Made by a program: the position numbers and the translations under genes. Source: Takakia lepidozioides (taxonomy: Eukaryota; Plantae; Bryophyta). Taken from it: a DNA stretch of 64,000 nt. The stretch spans positions 25,668,001-25,732,000 of the forward strand of contig CM060733.1 of assembly GCA_030704615.1 (NCBI GenBank), written 5' to 3'. A model generated the notes under the pieces. It was given only the letters and a program-made list of their open reading frames with translations. It had not been told where the DNA came from and made no database searches. Below, one piece after another: positions 37,501 to 51,500 of the stretch; positions within the stretch are counted from its first letter, which is position 1; each line of letters starts with the position of its first letter.

Positions 37501-39829
37501 AAATGGAATTGGTACAGTATTCTCAAAGTAAATGCAGTAGTTTTGGAACCCCCGTTGATATGTAGCAAAGGACTGTACTAATGGAAGCTACTTGTTTTAA
37601 GCATCTAGGAACTTAAAGATGGAATATGTGAGTTTGACTACAAATATTTGTAACAAATTTTTGTCCTGCATGATGGCAGGGTTTTGTCAGGCACGGTCAT
37701 TTGTTGGACATCAAACTGGGTGCACAGGTAGCACATTGACCATCTCCACTAGTTTTAAAGAAGGATATAGAGAGGAAGTCAACAAGAATTGTTCTGGCAC
37801 TTGTGGGGATGTGAGGATACTGTGCAAAACAGGACGCCTGAAAGAGGCACTCTTCATTTTAAACCAACCTGGCCTTTCGACAGACTACAATACTTATGTC
37901 TGTATCTTGCAAGAGTGCATCAACACAAAAGGCCTGGAAGAGGGGAAGCAAGTTCACACCCACATGATCCGTAGTGGATTCAAGCCAAACTTCTTCCTCC
38001 TTAACACCCTTATCAACATGTATGCCAAGTGTGGGAGCATGGTGGATGCACGCCATGTCTTCGATACGATGCCTGGAAGGACTCTGTTTACATGGACTAT
38101 AATGATTGGAGCATATGCCAAGCGTGGGTGTGGTAGGGAGGCTTTCAATCTCTATGAGCAAATGCAACGGGAAGGGTTGACACCTGACAGTGTCACATTC
38201 ACTTGTGTTGTCAATGCATGTGGGAGCATAGGAGCTCTGGAAAAGGGAAAAGAGGTCCATGCAGACATCATTAAAGCTGGAATTGTGCCAGATATCATCC
38301 TAAGGAATACCCTTGTTGACATGTATGCCAAATGCGGGAGCATGAAGGATGCACATCTAGTGCTAGACAGTATGGTTAAACGAGATGTGGTCTCATGGAG
38401 TGTGATGATCACAGGATATGCGCAGGATGGATGTGGTAAGGAAGCTTTCAAGATCTATGAGCAAATGAAACGAGAGGGGGTGATGCCCAACAGAGTTACA
38501 TTCACTGTTGTACTCAATGTATGTGCAAACTTAGGAGCCCTGAACAAGGGCAAGGGTGTTCACGCTGACATCATCGAAGCTGGGATTGCATCTGATATTA
38601 TTTTGGAGACTGCCCTTGCTGACATGTATGCCAAATGTGGGAGCATGAATGATGCACGTAAAGTGTTCAACAATATGGCTGAACGAGATGTGATCTCATG
38701 GAGTGCAATGATCGCAAGATACGCCCAGCATGGGTGCGGCAGGGAGGCTTTTGAAATCTATGAACAAATGCGATGGGAAGGGGTGATGCCCAACAGAATC
38801 ACGTTCATTTCCATTCTCAATGCATGTGCCAGCATAGGAGCCCTGGACAAGGGAAAAGAGGTCCATGCTGAAATAGTCAAAGCTGGAATTGTCCCAGATG
38901 TCAATTTGGGAAATACCCTTGTCGACATGTATGCCAAGTGTGGGAGCATGAAGGATGCTCGTCAAGTGTTGGACAGCATGGCTAAGCGAGATGTTGTCTC
39001 ATGGAGTGCAATGATTGCAGGATATGCTTGGCATGGGTGTGGTAGGGAGGCTTTTGAGATCTATGAGCAAATGCAATTGGAAGGGGTCACACCTGACAGG
39101 ATCACATTCATTTGCATTCTCAATGCATGTGCCAGCTTAGGATCCCTGGACAAGGGCAAAGAGGTCCATGCTGACATCATGAAAGCTGGAATGGCGTCAT
39201 ATATTAAGTTAGAGAATTCCCTTGTTAACATGTATGCCAAATGTGGGAGTGTAAAGGATGCAGGTCGAGTGTTCGAACACATGGTTGAACGAGATGTGGT
39301 CTCATGGACTGCCATGATTGCCGGATATGCTCAGCATGGGTGTGGAAGGGAGGCCCTGCAACTATTTGAACAAATGCTACAGGACGGGTTGAAGCCAGAC
39401 AGTATCATGTTTATGTCTGTTCTCTCTGCATGTAGCCATCTCGGACTAGTGGATGAAGGCCGTCACTACTTCGATTCTATGAGCCGAGATCATGACCTTG
39501 CTCCTACACTGGAGCATTTTGGCTGCATAGTAGATGTCCTCAGCCGTTCAGGGCAATTGGATGAGGCAGAGGAGTTCATTAGCAAAATGCCAATCAAACC
39601 AGATGCGTTGGTGTGGGGCGCGTTGCTTAGTGCCTCCAGAGTTCAAGGCAATGTGGAGGTAGCAGAACGTGCTGCAAATTGCCTCCTCAAGTCCTATCCA
39701 CTGCCACTGCAACTCATTTCCTCCAATCAAACAGGGTGGGGCAATAAAGCAACTGCACCTCTTTTCCACCGGCCTTGGATGCAAGGGAGTTTATATTGCG
39801 CCGGATTGCTGAGCATTGGCACCGCGTAG
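31565..39829 (+). CDS. Gene D: transit peptide-PDF(2, divergent)-PLS PPR(17)-E1, lacking E2/DYW; 6-exon open model of 908 aa
   Basis: Exons 31565-31790, 32651-32703, 33028-33139, 33498-33574, 37313-37421, 37680-39829. All introns GT-AG, phases 1,0,1,0,1; 2727 nt in total with no internal stop. PDF halves: IKQLWKKDNNSDK^KSKSSTDFRHEHTMKVLWIESWSNPPWAKAEL and REQLWQEFSSDPPQSYIRSNK^RSPRSLDVRQECQKESLCIKNSSNPWVKAEL. Confidence 0.8.
33861..37264 (+). mobile_element. Non-LTR retrotransposon (APE-RT-CCHC; RTE/RTEX-like by inference), 5'-truncated and frameshifted, in intron 4 of gene D
   Basis: Endonuclease (VGCVYMP, LGDFNARVG, SIVDYI, DHFLVW), RT (NYRGITLL, QAGF…DHIF, LDVKKAYD, GVAQGCTLSPLLF, FAND for FADD, YLGVEF), C-terminal CPLC…HFLIHC. 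Confidence 0.93.
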
Positions 39830-40885
39830 ATGGCCCTGTTCAAGCAATAACAGGGGTTGACCTGTCCTGATTCTAAACAAAGATGATGGAGAGAGTTGAC
39901 AGGAGCTAGCGAACAGCTGCATCGCGATCGACAACTGGCTGCAATTGTAACAACTCTGAATTTCCAGCATTCCAAAGGATTGAATTACCTTCTGCAACGG
40001 GTGATGATCAAGGTACTGGTCCATCAATGCAATTCCCCACCAAACAAGTTGATCGGTTGACCATGGCGCACGAAGGTCCAAGAACTACCAGCACCAGCTG
40101 TGCTGTAGTATTTTGAGAATGTTCTAAAGCAAATGGACAACTGAATGCTACCAAAACTCCCAATCTCACATCACTATTCTTGACCTTACAACTATCATTC
40201 TTCCTGAAATGATCCGTAGCCAGCTTTGAAACTCATTGTAAGTCAACTGCCGGACCAAGAAAGCGAAAGGGACAAGAAGATGAGCACACCTAAGTTTGGG
40301 GTAACCTGTGGCACTTCCACTCATTCACTGGACTCATCATCAACCCCAGTTGCAATACACAAGCCACCCCAACAACCATCAAATTTGTGTGCATTGTCAT
40401 TTGGCCTCTTTAGACTTGAGGGGATCCTAGAACCAAAAGAATCAAATGAGAAGCACTCCATCTCGCATTCAACATGGTTTGTGTGATAGAAATCAAAAGA
40501 ATGTCAAACTGGTGGTGGGGTACCCTTTGAGGGTCTTGTAGACTACAGCCTACTGTGGATAAGTGCTACCAAGGATAAGTGTTATTTCTCTATATTTGTT
40601 AGGAACTTTGTACTCCCTAAGATTTCTCAAAGGGCAAATGTTATGTGTTTTGTGCTATGATACAAGCCATAAAGCGCAAGAAGGGGATACCACCCTGTGA
40701 CCAAAGACGCGGAGACATCACCTAGCAGAGTAAAGACATGAGAAGGGAGAACAGAGCCCAAAAGCTGGGGCAGAGAGAAGAAACTATGAGAAGAGGTAGA
40801 ACAAAGGCAAACAGAGAAGTGGCGGAACTTAGCAAATCAGACATTAGCCTACATGGTAACTTCTACATGTGCCGACGTCTCCTAA

Positions 40886-41095
40886 GGGCCGCTTCACACT
40901 AAGCCCAGGTACAAACATGTGCCACTCTTGGGCTTGTCTTGGGCTGGAGGCTAGCGAGTCGGGTCTCCATTTCAAGGGCGGTCCTTTCTCTTGAACTAGC
41001 CCAAGAATTTTGGCGCCAAAATTAACGCCCTGTAGGCGAACAACTCCTTTTGGCCTCGGCCCTTCCTGGTCTTGGCCCCTGGTGGAAAGTGGCCC
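40886..41095. mobile_element. PIF/Harbinger (Tourist-like) MITE, 210 bp
   Basis: TAA TSD at 40883-85 and 41096-98. Imperfect TIRs GGGCCGCTTCACACTAAG / reverse complement GGGCCACTTTCCACCAGG. Confidence 0.85.
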
Positions 41096-42524
41096 TAAGA
41101 TTCGGTGGGCTATGCACGCTTCAAATGTGGCGCCAAAGGTGGCATGTGGGTTTCTAGAGTCTACACTGTTGGATGTTCACATGGAGGACTGGTAATGGGC
41201 TGCGTGTAAGTAGGGAAGTGGCGGAGATTGAAAGGAATTGGAAACAAAAAAGCTGTAATCTTTTGCGTTATGCAGCCCAATTTGTTTGGAAGCGGAGCGA
41301 TCTGAGAGTCTCCAATCTAGGGAGAATTTGTAGCTTGCTGCTTGCAATAGACACGGATGCTGGAGATTGATCTCATTCTTGAAAGTTCACTCATGGCCAA
41401 AATGCTGTTGGAGGGCGACCCAGTTAGCTAATGCAGCAATGGACTCCAGATACAGGGCCCTTGATTCTGGGATTCTATTAGAAGTCGGATATGGTCGCTG
41501 GGGCTTTGTGTGGGCAGGGAGCGGGTGGGTACATTGACCCATGAGCTCTACGTGTTTCAACCATGGTGTTGCTGCTAGCAACCAAAGTCACTGACCTGGA
41601 TGGGTAATGGCAGACTGAGCTCTACACCGACGGCACAGGATGACAAACTGTAGTCCTCGAGCCTATGAAAATTTGAGGCTGTGTGGCGAATGCTATTTTA
41701 TGACGTGCACAGGGGAAGCACTACGATGCAAGGGTGAGGAGATGAAAACAAGAATCCTCCCACTATGACACCAAATCTCTCCCACCAAGGTTTTTCTGTA
41801 GAGGGCCTGTATTCTCTCAGGTGACCTCCGTTCCACTCTTGTAAACGTTTCTCCTCCCCCCTCTTTCCTGGTGATTTATGGATGTCTTCGTTTCTTGTCT
41901 TATTTCATCTCTCAGGCAGCACTTTTCATGAAGTTTTCTTCCTCTGTCGTGTTTCCTGGGAAGCCCTTGCCTTGATAGCTGGCTTATGGACTTGATTTGA
42001 GGAAAGTTATGTAACTGCGTTATGTATCTACGTTACCTCCCAAAACATCGACTCTCTGAAGCAATTCCATTTGGGGATTTTTCTGTCCTTCCTCCTTCCC
42101 CGACTGAAGCTTTCTCATGCCCCAATACTTACTTTGACCTGCACCTGGCTTTCACGCGCACATGACTGTGGACCACAAAATCCTTTTTCTTGTCTGGTCG
42201 CTGCAGATTAAATTCATGGCTAGAGCTGCAGTATGGAATTCAACTATGCATTCAATGGTGCCCGATGTCAGCTGTCCAATGATTTTCTCCTGTAAACATC
42301 TCCTCTTTCCTATGATCCTGAGCAATAAACTGCAACCCATTTTCCCTTTGGTTATCCATAATGTGAAAGATGGAAGCAAGGTAGGCAGGTTCATCAATAG
42401 GTCTGCTGTAGGGGCTTCATCTTGCATTTTGTTGCTGTGAGCCCAGACACCAGCCACAGTGCAGCCAGGTTAAACTGGCACACAACACCTGGTTAAGTTC
42501 AGGTAGATCCATAACAAGGGCCAT

Positions 42525-45500
42525 GTGCTCACAACTCTCTCACATCCAGCCACTCTGACATACAATTTGGCTGTTGGTAGGAATGGCAATGTGGTGGCTG
42601 GCGTGGTTGATGAAGTGGACCCTATTGAAGAATTCAGTTCCCAACGCACTGTATCAACAGAGCTCTATCTTCCCCCCACCCAAAACCCGGGCTTGTCTTT
42701 CAAGTTGGCACCCAGAGACAGTACTAGTTGTGCTGGTTCTGAAAATCAGCAGTGTTGCAGACAATCACGCACTGTAGTGGCCTCAGTTCCTTTATTGTCA
42801 CCTTCACAGGAGGTATCTCTTGACTCTCCTGGGAGATTTCCAGTTGATGGGGGCACTGTAAAAACCTCCAGTGGACGGGGAGAAGTCGAAGGGGTGTTTT
42901 CACATGGAGGCCAAGAGAGAATATCATGTTCTGGATACACCCGAAAGAGTAGCAAGAGGAGGAAAGTGGGCAACACCCAGCTGGGATCTGCTGATGTGGC
43001 AGCAGCAGTTGGTTTGACTGTAACAGCTGCAGAAGCAATGGTACTTGCTGGCATATTGGCAGAATGCACTTCAGGCAGCAACCTTTCACCCTCCATGATC
43101 CTGGAGGCAACCATACAGTTGCGACGGGCACGCCAGATGTGGGGATTAGACGATTATGATGTTGGTTCAACCAGTGTTAGTGGTGCTCATGAAGAGGTGC
43201 TGCGTGTAAACAATTCGGGGGACATTCAAGCTGCAGCAGATGATGAGCCATTGAAGGCCCTTGATGATGTGGAGATGCAGGAGGCTATGGCTGATGTGGG
43301 TTTCATAGAAGCATCAGGTAAGTTTCACACCACTTATTGCATGGTGATTTTGGTGTGGGTGGACATCTGTAGAATTCCTTCAAAGAATGTAACACTTTCT
43401 AATACCTTGCAAAACTCCAAGTGAGTGTTTTCTGGTTGGACAATCCTACAGCTCACAGATGGGGGAGCCCTCACTGTTTTCCCACTGTCTTCTGGAAAGT
43501 CTTGTCCAGTTTCAGTTGGAATAAGGGCTCTTTATTTACTAATATTGCACACTGGACGGGCAGGTATGGTGAGGAAGCCAGGAGTGAAGTAGTGGCAGTG
43601 CAGATTAGGTCTGAAGGTCCATGTATTACAGCTCATTTTCATCTGAGAAACTGCTTACTTGATTGCTGAATCAGCTGCAGAGCCAGGGCACCTTGAGGAG
43701 GTCCACCTACCTGGATATGACGATGTACATAGCCAAGAAGGTTGGAGGCCAGACCTACCATGCAACCGAGCGAGACCTTACAGGGATGAGACACGGACCA
43801 ACACTCTTGATGTGTTAATTCCCAATACCAAATACGTTTGTGAGAGAGACAGAACACACTCTCGAGACAGGAAATCCTTGAGGAAAGAAGAGCACTCCAT
43901 TTCAAAGGATATTTTGTCAGAGAAGGAGATTGGTACCGCTCCTTTGTGGAAATATGGTGGATGTGTGGATTCTGCATTGAGGCCAGACAAAATGCAATGG
44001 CAGGAATCGGACAGTAGACCAAACCTCGCCGTGGCAAAGGAAAAACTCAATGAAGAAGTGCCTAAGAGCTCTGAGAGGAATGAAAGAGTAGATGCTGCCT
44101 TCAACTCCACCGCAGGCAAAAAGCAGGACTTAGGGCTTTCTCTGGCCGTGGAAAATTCCAGAGTGGAGCTGTCTGCTTTGACTCCAACTATGGGGGATAA
44201 CTGCAAAAGGCCTTTCCCTTCAGCGGATCTTACCTCACCTCCTGTAGTATCAGGGGTGGCCATTTGCCATTCACAGGGGCACGGACCCTTACAAGTTGTG
44301 GGTAGACAATCTGAGCGTCATACGGGTCATGGTGACTTGACTGTTAGAGTGGACCATGTTGATGCCATCATTCACAAGTCTCAAGAGGATTTATTCCAAG
44401 ATGGCATGGTTAGCTGCCTTACGTATCTTGCTCTCCTTGATGTGCACATTTCTTAACCCCTCTGTCATCTCATTATCTATGCATTTACTACACTGCTTCT
44501 TCGTTATATCCGGCAAGTTTTGCATTGTCTTAATTGATATACTTCATAATCTATTCCTTACAAGATTGTCTTCTATAATAGGTATGTGTTGTTATATGAA
44601 ATATGCTAATATCCTCTTGTTGCTGCAGGCAGGCAAGGAGATGAATGGGAGACCCTGCTCCTCAGTGGAACCTATTAAAGACTTAGAGTGCCCTACGGTC
44701 CAATGTGAGCAGAGTAGAGGAAAACTTTTGACAAAAAGTGCAGTTGCAGAGCATGCAGAAAGAGCTTGCATAATTCCCAAGGATCTTGTTCCCACTTCTC
44801 TATGCAGTGAGGAGAAAAATACTGGACATGCAAAACTTTCATTGTTAGAAACAGGGGGAACCAGAAATCCAGTGAAATTGCCAGAATCAAAAGTCACCAT
44901 CAGGGTACCTGCTTGTGTTCATGAGGACATCCACGAAGAAAATTTTCAGCTGCACTGCTCAGGGCAGCAAGGCAGCACCGCTGTTGTCACTATGACTTCC
45001 AAACCATCTGGGGAGGGCTCAGGCTCACCTATAAAACTTTTCAGTAGCCGGTGGTATGGAGGGTGGACTGGCCTTGTAAGATCTCAAACTAGGTTCTCCC
45101 CATGTGCATGTTTTCTGTTTGGTCCTCTAGGTTTTGCAAATGTGTACCTCATGTAATGGGGCATGTGGATTGGTTCCCACCAGTTGTGGTTTGATAATGT
45201 CAAGACACAGCTGCATGGCATTACCAGCACTAGTCATGGGTATGTGATGAAGTCTGCTGTTTACCTAGCAATGCGTTCTTATCTTCTGCAGGGACATGTA
45301 TTGCCCAATAAGGTTAGAGGGACCACAGAGACCTCGAGTGATGCACCCGAAGCAGAAGTGGATATGCATTATTTGCCCGAGCCCTGGGATATTGGCACTG
45401 AAGATGCCATGCCTGAACGGGCAACAGCCTTGACCTGCCTTAGAAGCAAACAACAGGACTACCAGACAATCACCACCACGTGCTTTACAGTGCCAGCCAT

Positions 45501-48500
45501 AAAGGAACTGCTGTGTCCCTCTGAGGCCCCAGTATCTCTGGGGGAAGACCAGGTTGAGTGTGTCCCCTTGGGAACTGCCCGTGTCCAGGAACAAGCAAGC
45601 AGAAAGGCAGGAATTGTGCCTCAAGGATCTCATTTGGGTTCTGTGGCATTTTCTTCCCATGCAGATCCCCTCTGTTCATTTGTTCCCTGCAGCATCTCTG
45701 TGCCAGATGCGTCTTGCCTGCCAGCCCACATAAACAGTCAAAGTGATTTGAGCTTGGTTGCTAGGGTCAAGGCCATGAGTCTGGCTGTTGGTGGTATAGG
45801 AAACAATGGCATCCAAGCCATCTCAGTAAGGAACAGGTGTGCAGCAGAAATGCTCAACTTGGTTTTCCCATCTGGGTGTATGGGAGAGACCAAGGAGACT
45901 CAGGAGCATTTGCATGAGAGAGACCATGGTGGGGGGAAGCTTGCGCCTGATTCTGTGAAGCGGACCCATGTAGCTTCGCTGAGGCCATACAGCACCTGTG
46001 CAACAGCATCTGCAAGCGCTCTTGGATTGCGACTCCATTCCGTAGAGTTAACTGCAAAAATGCACGGCAACAGAGGAAAGTTTTTGGAAACTCCTCATGT
46101 GCCAAGGCTTGCAACAAGCAGAGGAAACGATGCCCTGCAGAGTGAGGAGCAACTCTTGGCCAACAAGTCTGCAAACTTCATTTCTTCTGGGTGTGTGCTT
46201 GCAGATGAGGATATCTCATCGCCTCTTAACCTGGAGGCTCCGGCGGGAACACCTGTTCCCGTTGAAACGGTACCCGGTGTCAATCAGGAAGGTGCTACAA
46301 GAATGCATGGTAAAGTTTGTGGCCCAGAGAAGCAGTGTTTGCCTCACCCAAGTTCATCAGAGTATATCAGCCAATCAGAGTCTCCCCCTCTCTTATGGCC
46401 AAATGGGAGGAAACGCCGACTTAGAGCTTGTAGGATTGTGGAAACTGGCAGCGATTACCACCCTGATGAAGGTCAGTGCATTTCTTATGGGTTCCGGTGT
46501 ACTAGATAAGTGTCACCGTGTTCAATCCCTGTCACTTCCAGATAAACATGTAGTTATTGACTATTGCCAGGAGGGCAGAGTGTTTTGGGTGGCAAGGACA
46601 TTGTGGGCCTCAATGGATTGTCCCATGCAAGACATCCTCTTTTACCCACCTAGTACCAGTTGTCTAGTGGAGACCAACATTTCTATTCCATGCCCTTGAT
46701 AGGTTTCTGTTTCATGTGTGTTTTTGAAGGTGATAACAGCTTTGAAAATACAACGTTGGTGATGCAGGGGAAACTCCATGCAGCTGTCCTATTTCTCCCA
46801 TGATAGATGCCACGAGATTGACGGGCAATCAAGGTGTGAATGAGAGTGGATCGGTTGCCACAGAAGAGTTACAGCACATTCATCTCAAGAAGGTTGCAGC
46901 CACAGGAGATGTCAATATTGCAGATGAAGTAGTGAAATCATTTGCTCCAAAACAACCCCAGAAGAGCAACGGGGGTGCAAAAGATAGAGCATCTCTTTTG
47001 AAAAGACCCAAAGGTATTACTTACACAGCCCAAAAAAGATTCTTGAGACAGGTTTTTCTGAGTTGGGCTCTGGACAAGGCAAATGTGACACTCTGTGGTC
47101 AGGCATTGCTTTGGCTGCAGTCAGGGCATTGGCTGATGTGAATCCATTTGGTCATGTGGACTTTACCTGGTAGTGATGTTGCCTGCAGTGCATTGTGTTG
47201 TTTTATGCTAGTATTCATTCAGATCTCAGAAGGATCTTGCAATGTACTCTATTGGAGTTTGAGGGTGACTTCTGATTTTTTATTGTAAGCAGAACATCTT
47301 CTTTGTTTTGTCAGTTTTCGAATTTAATTGCATTTGGCTGCCTCCCCTCATTACTTCTTCTCGACAGCATTGGATGGTGTTTAGCACTTAATGATGTGCA
47401 GGCCTCCAGAAAACTTAGGTTACCACACTGGACTGTCCTCCGTTTCATCCCTCAAATGTCTACATTTTCTGAAGGCACTGCTTGACACAGCTCAACCACA
47501 TCAACCTTCCTTGCATCCGTGCAAAGGTTGCCAAGTTTATTATGCTGTCCTTGACGAGTCATGATAGATCTCATCTTTTGAACAGACGCAGCCTTCTCCA
47601 TTCTGCTATGACCATCTGCTCTCAAGCTATATCTCTTTTTTTACTGTTTTTCAGTGAATCCCAATCCAATCAGTCTAACAATGAGACAACCTACATCTTC
47701 TGTTGGCAGCAGCTAAGGAGACTACAAGCCGAAATGAGCCAAAGGTCGGGAGTAAAAAGCCCTCAAAAAAGACCGGGAGAAAGGAAGCCACAGCAGTAAG
47801 AGAGGCCATCGGCATCAAGAACAAATCCATTCCAAATGGGCAACAGGAACAAGGTCTACTGTTTGGAGGCCTACGGTTTTTACTAACTGGCTTTTCACTC
47901 AAAAAGAAGGATGACCTGATCAAGACTATAAAAGAGAATGGGGGTGTTGTCCTTCTGAATGTGCCAGCAAGAAAATTGAGGGGAAATGGCAGGGAAAAGC
48001 AAGGACCACCAATTGTAATCTCCCCTCAGCTGGTTAGTTTCATCATGAGCACCTGACTTCTAATTTGGGATGGCTATCTTTTCCATTTTCGTCAAATCCA
48101 ACTCTACTGGAAAAGCGTAGAACCACTTTTGAATTTCGTTTGGACATAGAAAAGTAAATGGGGCTTTTTGTGGTCTTGGTTCACTTTGGCAACTTTCTGC
48201 AGGTTCGTACACACAAGTTTTTGTACGGATGCGCTGTTGCCTCCCCTCTTATAAAGCCCGCATGGATAAATGCTTCAATAGCTGCGCACGAGCCATTACT
48301 CTTTGCCAAGTAAAGAAGTTCCTCAGACCTTTGCTTTTTTGGCTACTGATGTGCTTGAATATAAATATGCCATGTGGTTAAGTTGGCAGGAACTTTTGAT
48401 TTTGAATGGCTGGCCTGCAGTAACTGTTTATGTACTCTTTCTCCAAATTGTGGTATTTTGTGTTCAGATATGAGCACAAGCCTAAGAAGAGGGTTAAATC

Positions 48501-51500
48501 ACTGGCTCCTGGGCCTGCTGGTAAAGAGGCAAACCATTTGTATGACAGAGGGTCCCTTTTCCACAATATCCAAGTTTTTCTTCATGGGAAACCAACCTTT
48601 CGTACCCAGTTCACAGCTTTGATCCAGGCACGCCTCGCTCTCCCTGGCCCTCTGGACACTGGGGTACTTGATGAATTTGGTTTTTCTTCCAAACATTGCT
48701 TATCCTAAATACAGGAAGCAAACTTGGCTTGTTGTGTCAGATCTCTACTTCGTCCTAGTGGGCATTATAAGATGTTGTCTTTCTTATGCAGATGGTGAAA
48801 AGATTATCTCCTTTGCTACAGTTTTACTGATGATGATTGGCCCATTTAGCATTCTTACGTCAATGAGAAATTGCATGTGTGGGGCCATGCAGTGATACCT
48901 CATACATATTTTCATATGACTTCTGGGTTCCAGCATTACACTAACAAAAATCGTGGGTCGTAGGTTGAATGTTCAGTTGTTTGTAACCAATCTGAACTCA
49001 CCAAAAAGTGATGAAACTAAAAGGATCTCCTGGATGAATTGATGGGATGCAGCATGGGGGTGGCAAGGTGGTGGGCAATGTTAAGGCCATTGCTCAAGAG
49101 AATAGGGCAGCAGGAACTCTGGTGGGTGTTGTGGTGGCAGAGGAGCCGTGCAGGGTGCCCCGTAACCTTCGGCATTTGGTGGCAAGCTTGAAGCTGCCTC
49201 TGATGGTCTGTCCACTCACTCACTATTGTCCAGCTTGTTTACTTACGCTCTTGCACGAAGTATAACCAAGGAAATTATGTGCTTGACATAACTGCTCATA
49301 AAGTCAATGGACTGGAACAAAGGAGGTAGGTCATACTGCTGCAAAGGCAGTTTCTTTCTAGTTGTCAGTCTCACCAATGTAATGGGAACAGTTCCATCCT
49401 TTCAATAAAGAGCTAGAGAAAGGAGAACTTACAAGATCAGAGAAAGAAAGGGCACAGATAAGAAATTGGTGACTCCCCTCCAGATGATGGAGAATATGCT
49501 CACATGTGTGGATGCAGGCCGGGAAGTGGGTGGTAGAAAGCTTGTTGGCCAGAAGGCTTCTGCTGCTGCCAACAACAGCTGCCAACTTGCGACATACAAC
49601 ACAGCCATGCCAATCTACGTCCCTGACTGGGCCTGGTGGCAATGTCCAGCAAGGTTCAAGGAGAAAACCCTTGGCAAATGCAGAGAGAGGTGCACAGAGA
49701 CCAGACATACAAGCATCAACTTTAAGAACGAGAAACTGCAATTTGCACAAAGATAAACTCCTTAATCCCTTGAAGGCCAACAGTGGCTTTACAGTTGTGG
49801 CACCTGATTGTCGGCAAGAGGACTCCCTGGGTTGGTTCTGGTTAGGAAGTGGTTCTGCTTCACCTCTTACTGTTCCACATTTGGCAGCTGGACTTACTGG
49901 ACAGGTTCTGAATGCGTTTTCTGGAAGAAAATGTCAAAAGAAGTACTCGTATTATGGAGCTTTCTCCATGGACGGTGTACAATATTGCCTTGGAGATAAC
50001 ATAGAGGTGAGAGTGGGTAATGACTTTGAAGTACAGGAATTGCTAGGAAACAAGCAGAAAGCATGAATACCACTAGCTTTGGCAGATATCCACTATTAAG
50101 ATGTATGGTAGTCTGTGATAACTTCATCGCCTGGTTAGCTTGTTTGGGGTCAGATTCTTTGGCTGCTTTGTGTCTCAGTGCATCCACTTTTGTGCCCTAC
50201 AAATATTCACGCATTCATCATGGCCAAGCATCTTGTTATTCCAACCTTCAAGGCAAAATGTGCAGTGTCTGGTGACAGGAGGTGCAGCCATAGGAGATTG
50301 ATAGAAGCCAATGCAGAGAGGGAAATGGAGCAAGTGTGTATTCTTTGTTAAACATGAGGGAGCGCTTTGTAGTGCGAGATTCGTATTTGGTTGCTCACAT
50401 ATGATCATGCAGTGACTATCATTGGTATGTATGCCGTGTTTTGGTCAGATTCAACCAACCTCAGAAGGCAGCATGCCTTCCATCGCTCGAATCGAAGGCC
50501 TGTGGTCAGAAGGCCAGAAATCTGCTGTCTCTGTAGCTGACGTACAAAAGAAAGGCAAGAAGGTGGCGATGCGATGCCGTTGGTTTTACCGCCCATCAGA
50601 CACTGGCTTCCCTTGTTACAGCTCTGAGAATGACCTCTATCTATCTAACCACTTTGAGGACGACATACCTGTAAGTCTGTTAAGTATACAATCTTCATCA
50701 AAATCTTCTCCTATGTTACAGAAACTGTGCTATTCTTTAGTAGTTCGAAGTGGTTAGCCTGCCTACCAACCCCATCTATATTGAATCATTCTGCCACCTG
50801 TAATGCTGGTAGTGTGCTCTTTTATGCAGGGGATTTCCTGCCTTGGCCTGTGACATTTTTTTGATAGTATACTCACCTTCGTGTTTATAATAATGTGATG
50901 CATGGTGTGTACATCCACCCATCCATCTGCACATCTGTTGATTCTGTGTGCTGGCTTTGTTAAATTCTCAGTATAAGTTTGTCCTTCTCGCACGTTTGTT
51001 GGGCCTTCCACAGATGTAAGAAACTCCTTTCTCACACACCTCATGAGGATTGGATCTGCCCATTTCTCACCACAGGCGAAATGGAAACAGTACCATTTCT
51101 TCTTTTCTCACCTCACATAGGAGACCAGAGCAGATACTGGTGTCTTCAAGAGATTCCTTGTCCCTGGCAACAGCTTTAGGGTATTAAGATCTGATGTGCT
51201 CACCTGCAAGAGGCTCTCTGCTATGTTGTTCTACATTGCTTGCTGTGACTATTAGTGTGTGGCAGACTGGTGATCCATACCATATGCCCTGGAATGTCAT
51301 GTGGCCTGTGTCCTCCCATGTGTCTTCATGTTAAGCAGACATAACCCGTTGATCTTGCAATGCTATGGCAACCCAACTTATGAGATTGATGAGTAAGTAA
51401 TTGTATTGGCTAAAAGTTCTTATCTTCTGTAAATGGCTACTTTCATGGCATGATCTCAATGCTTTAGGGTGAGCTGTCTGAATGTTGTGATATTGTCTGC

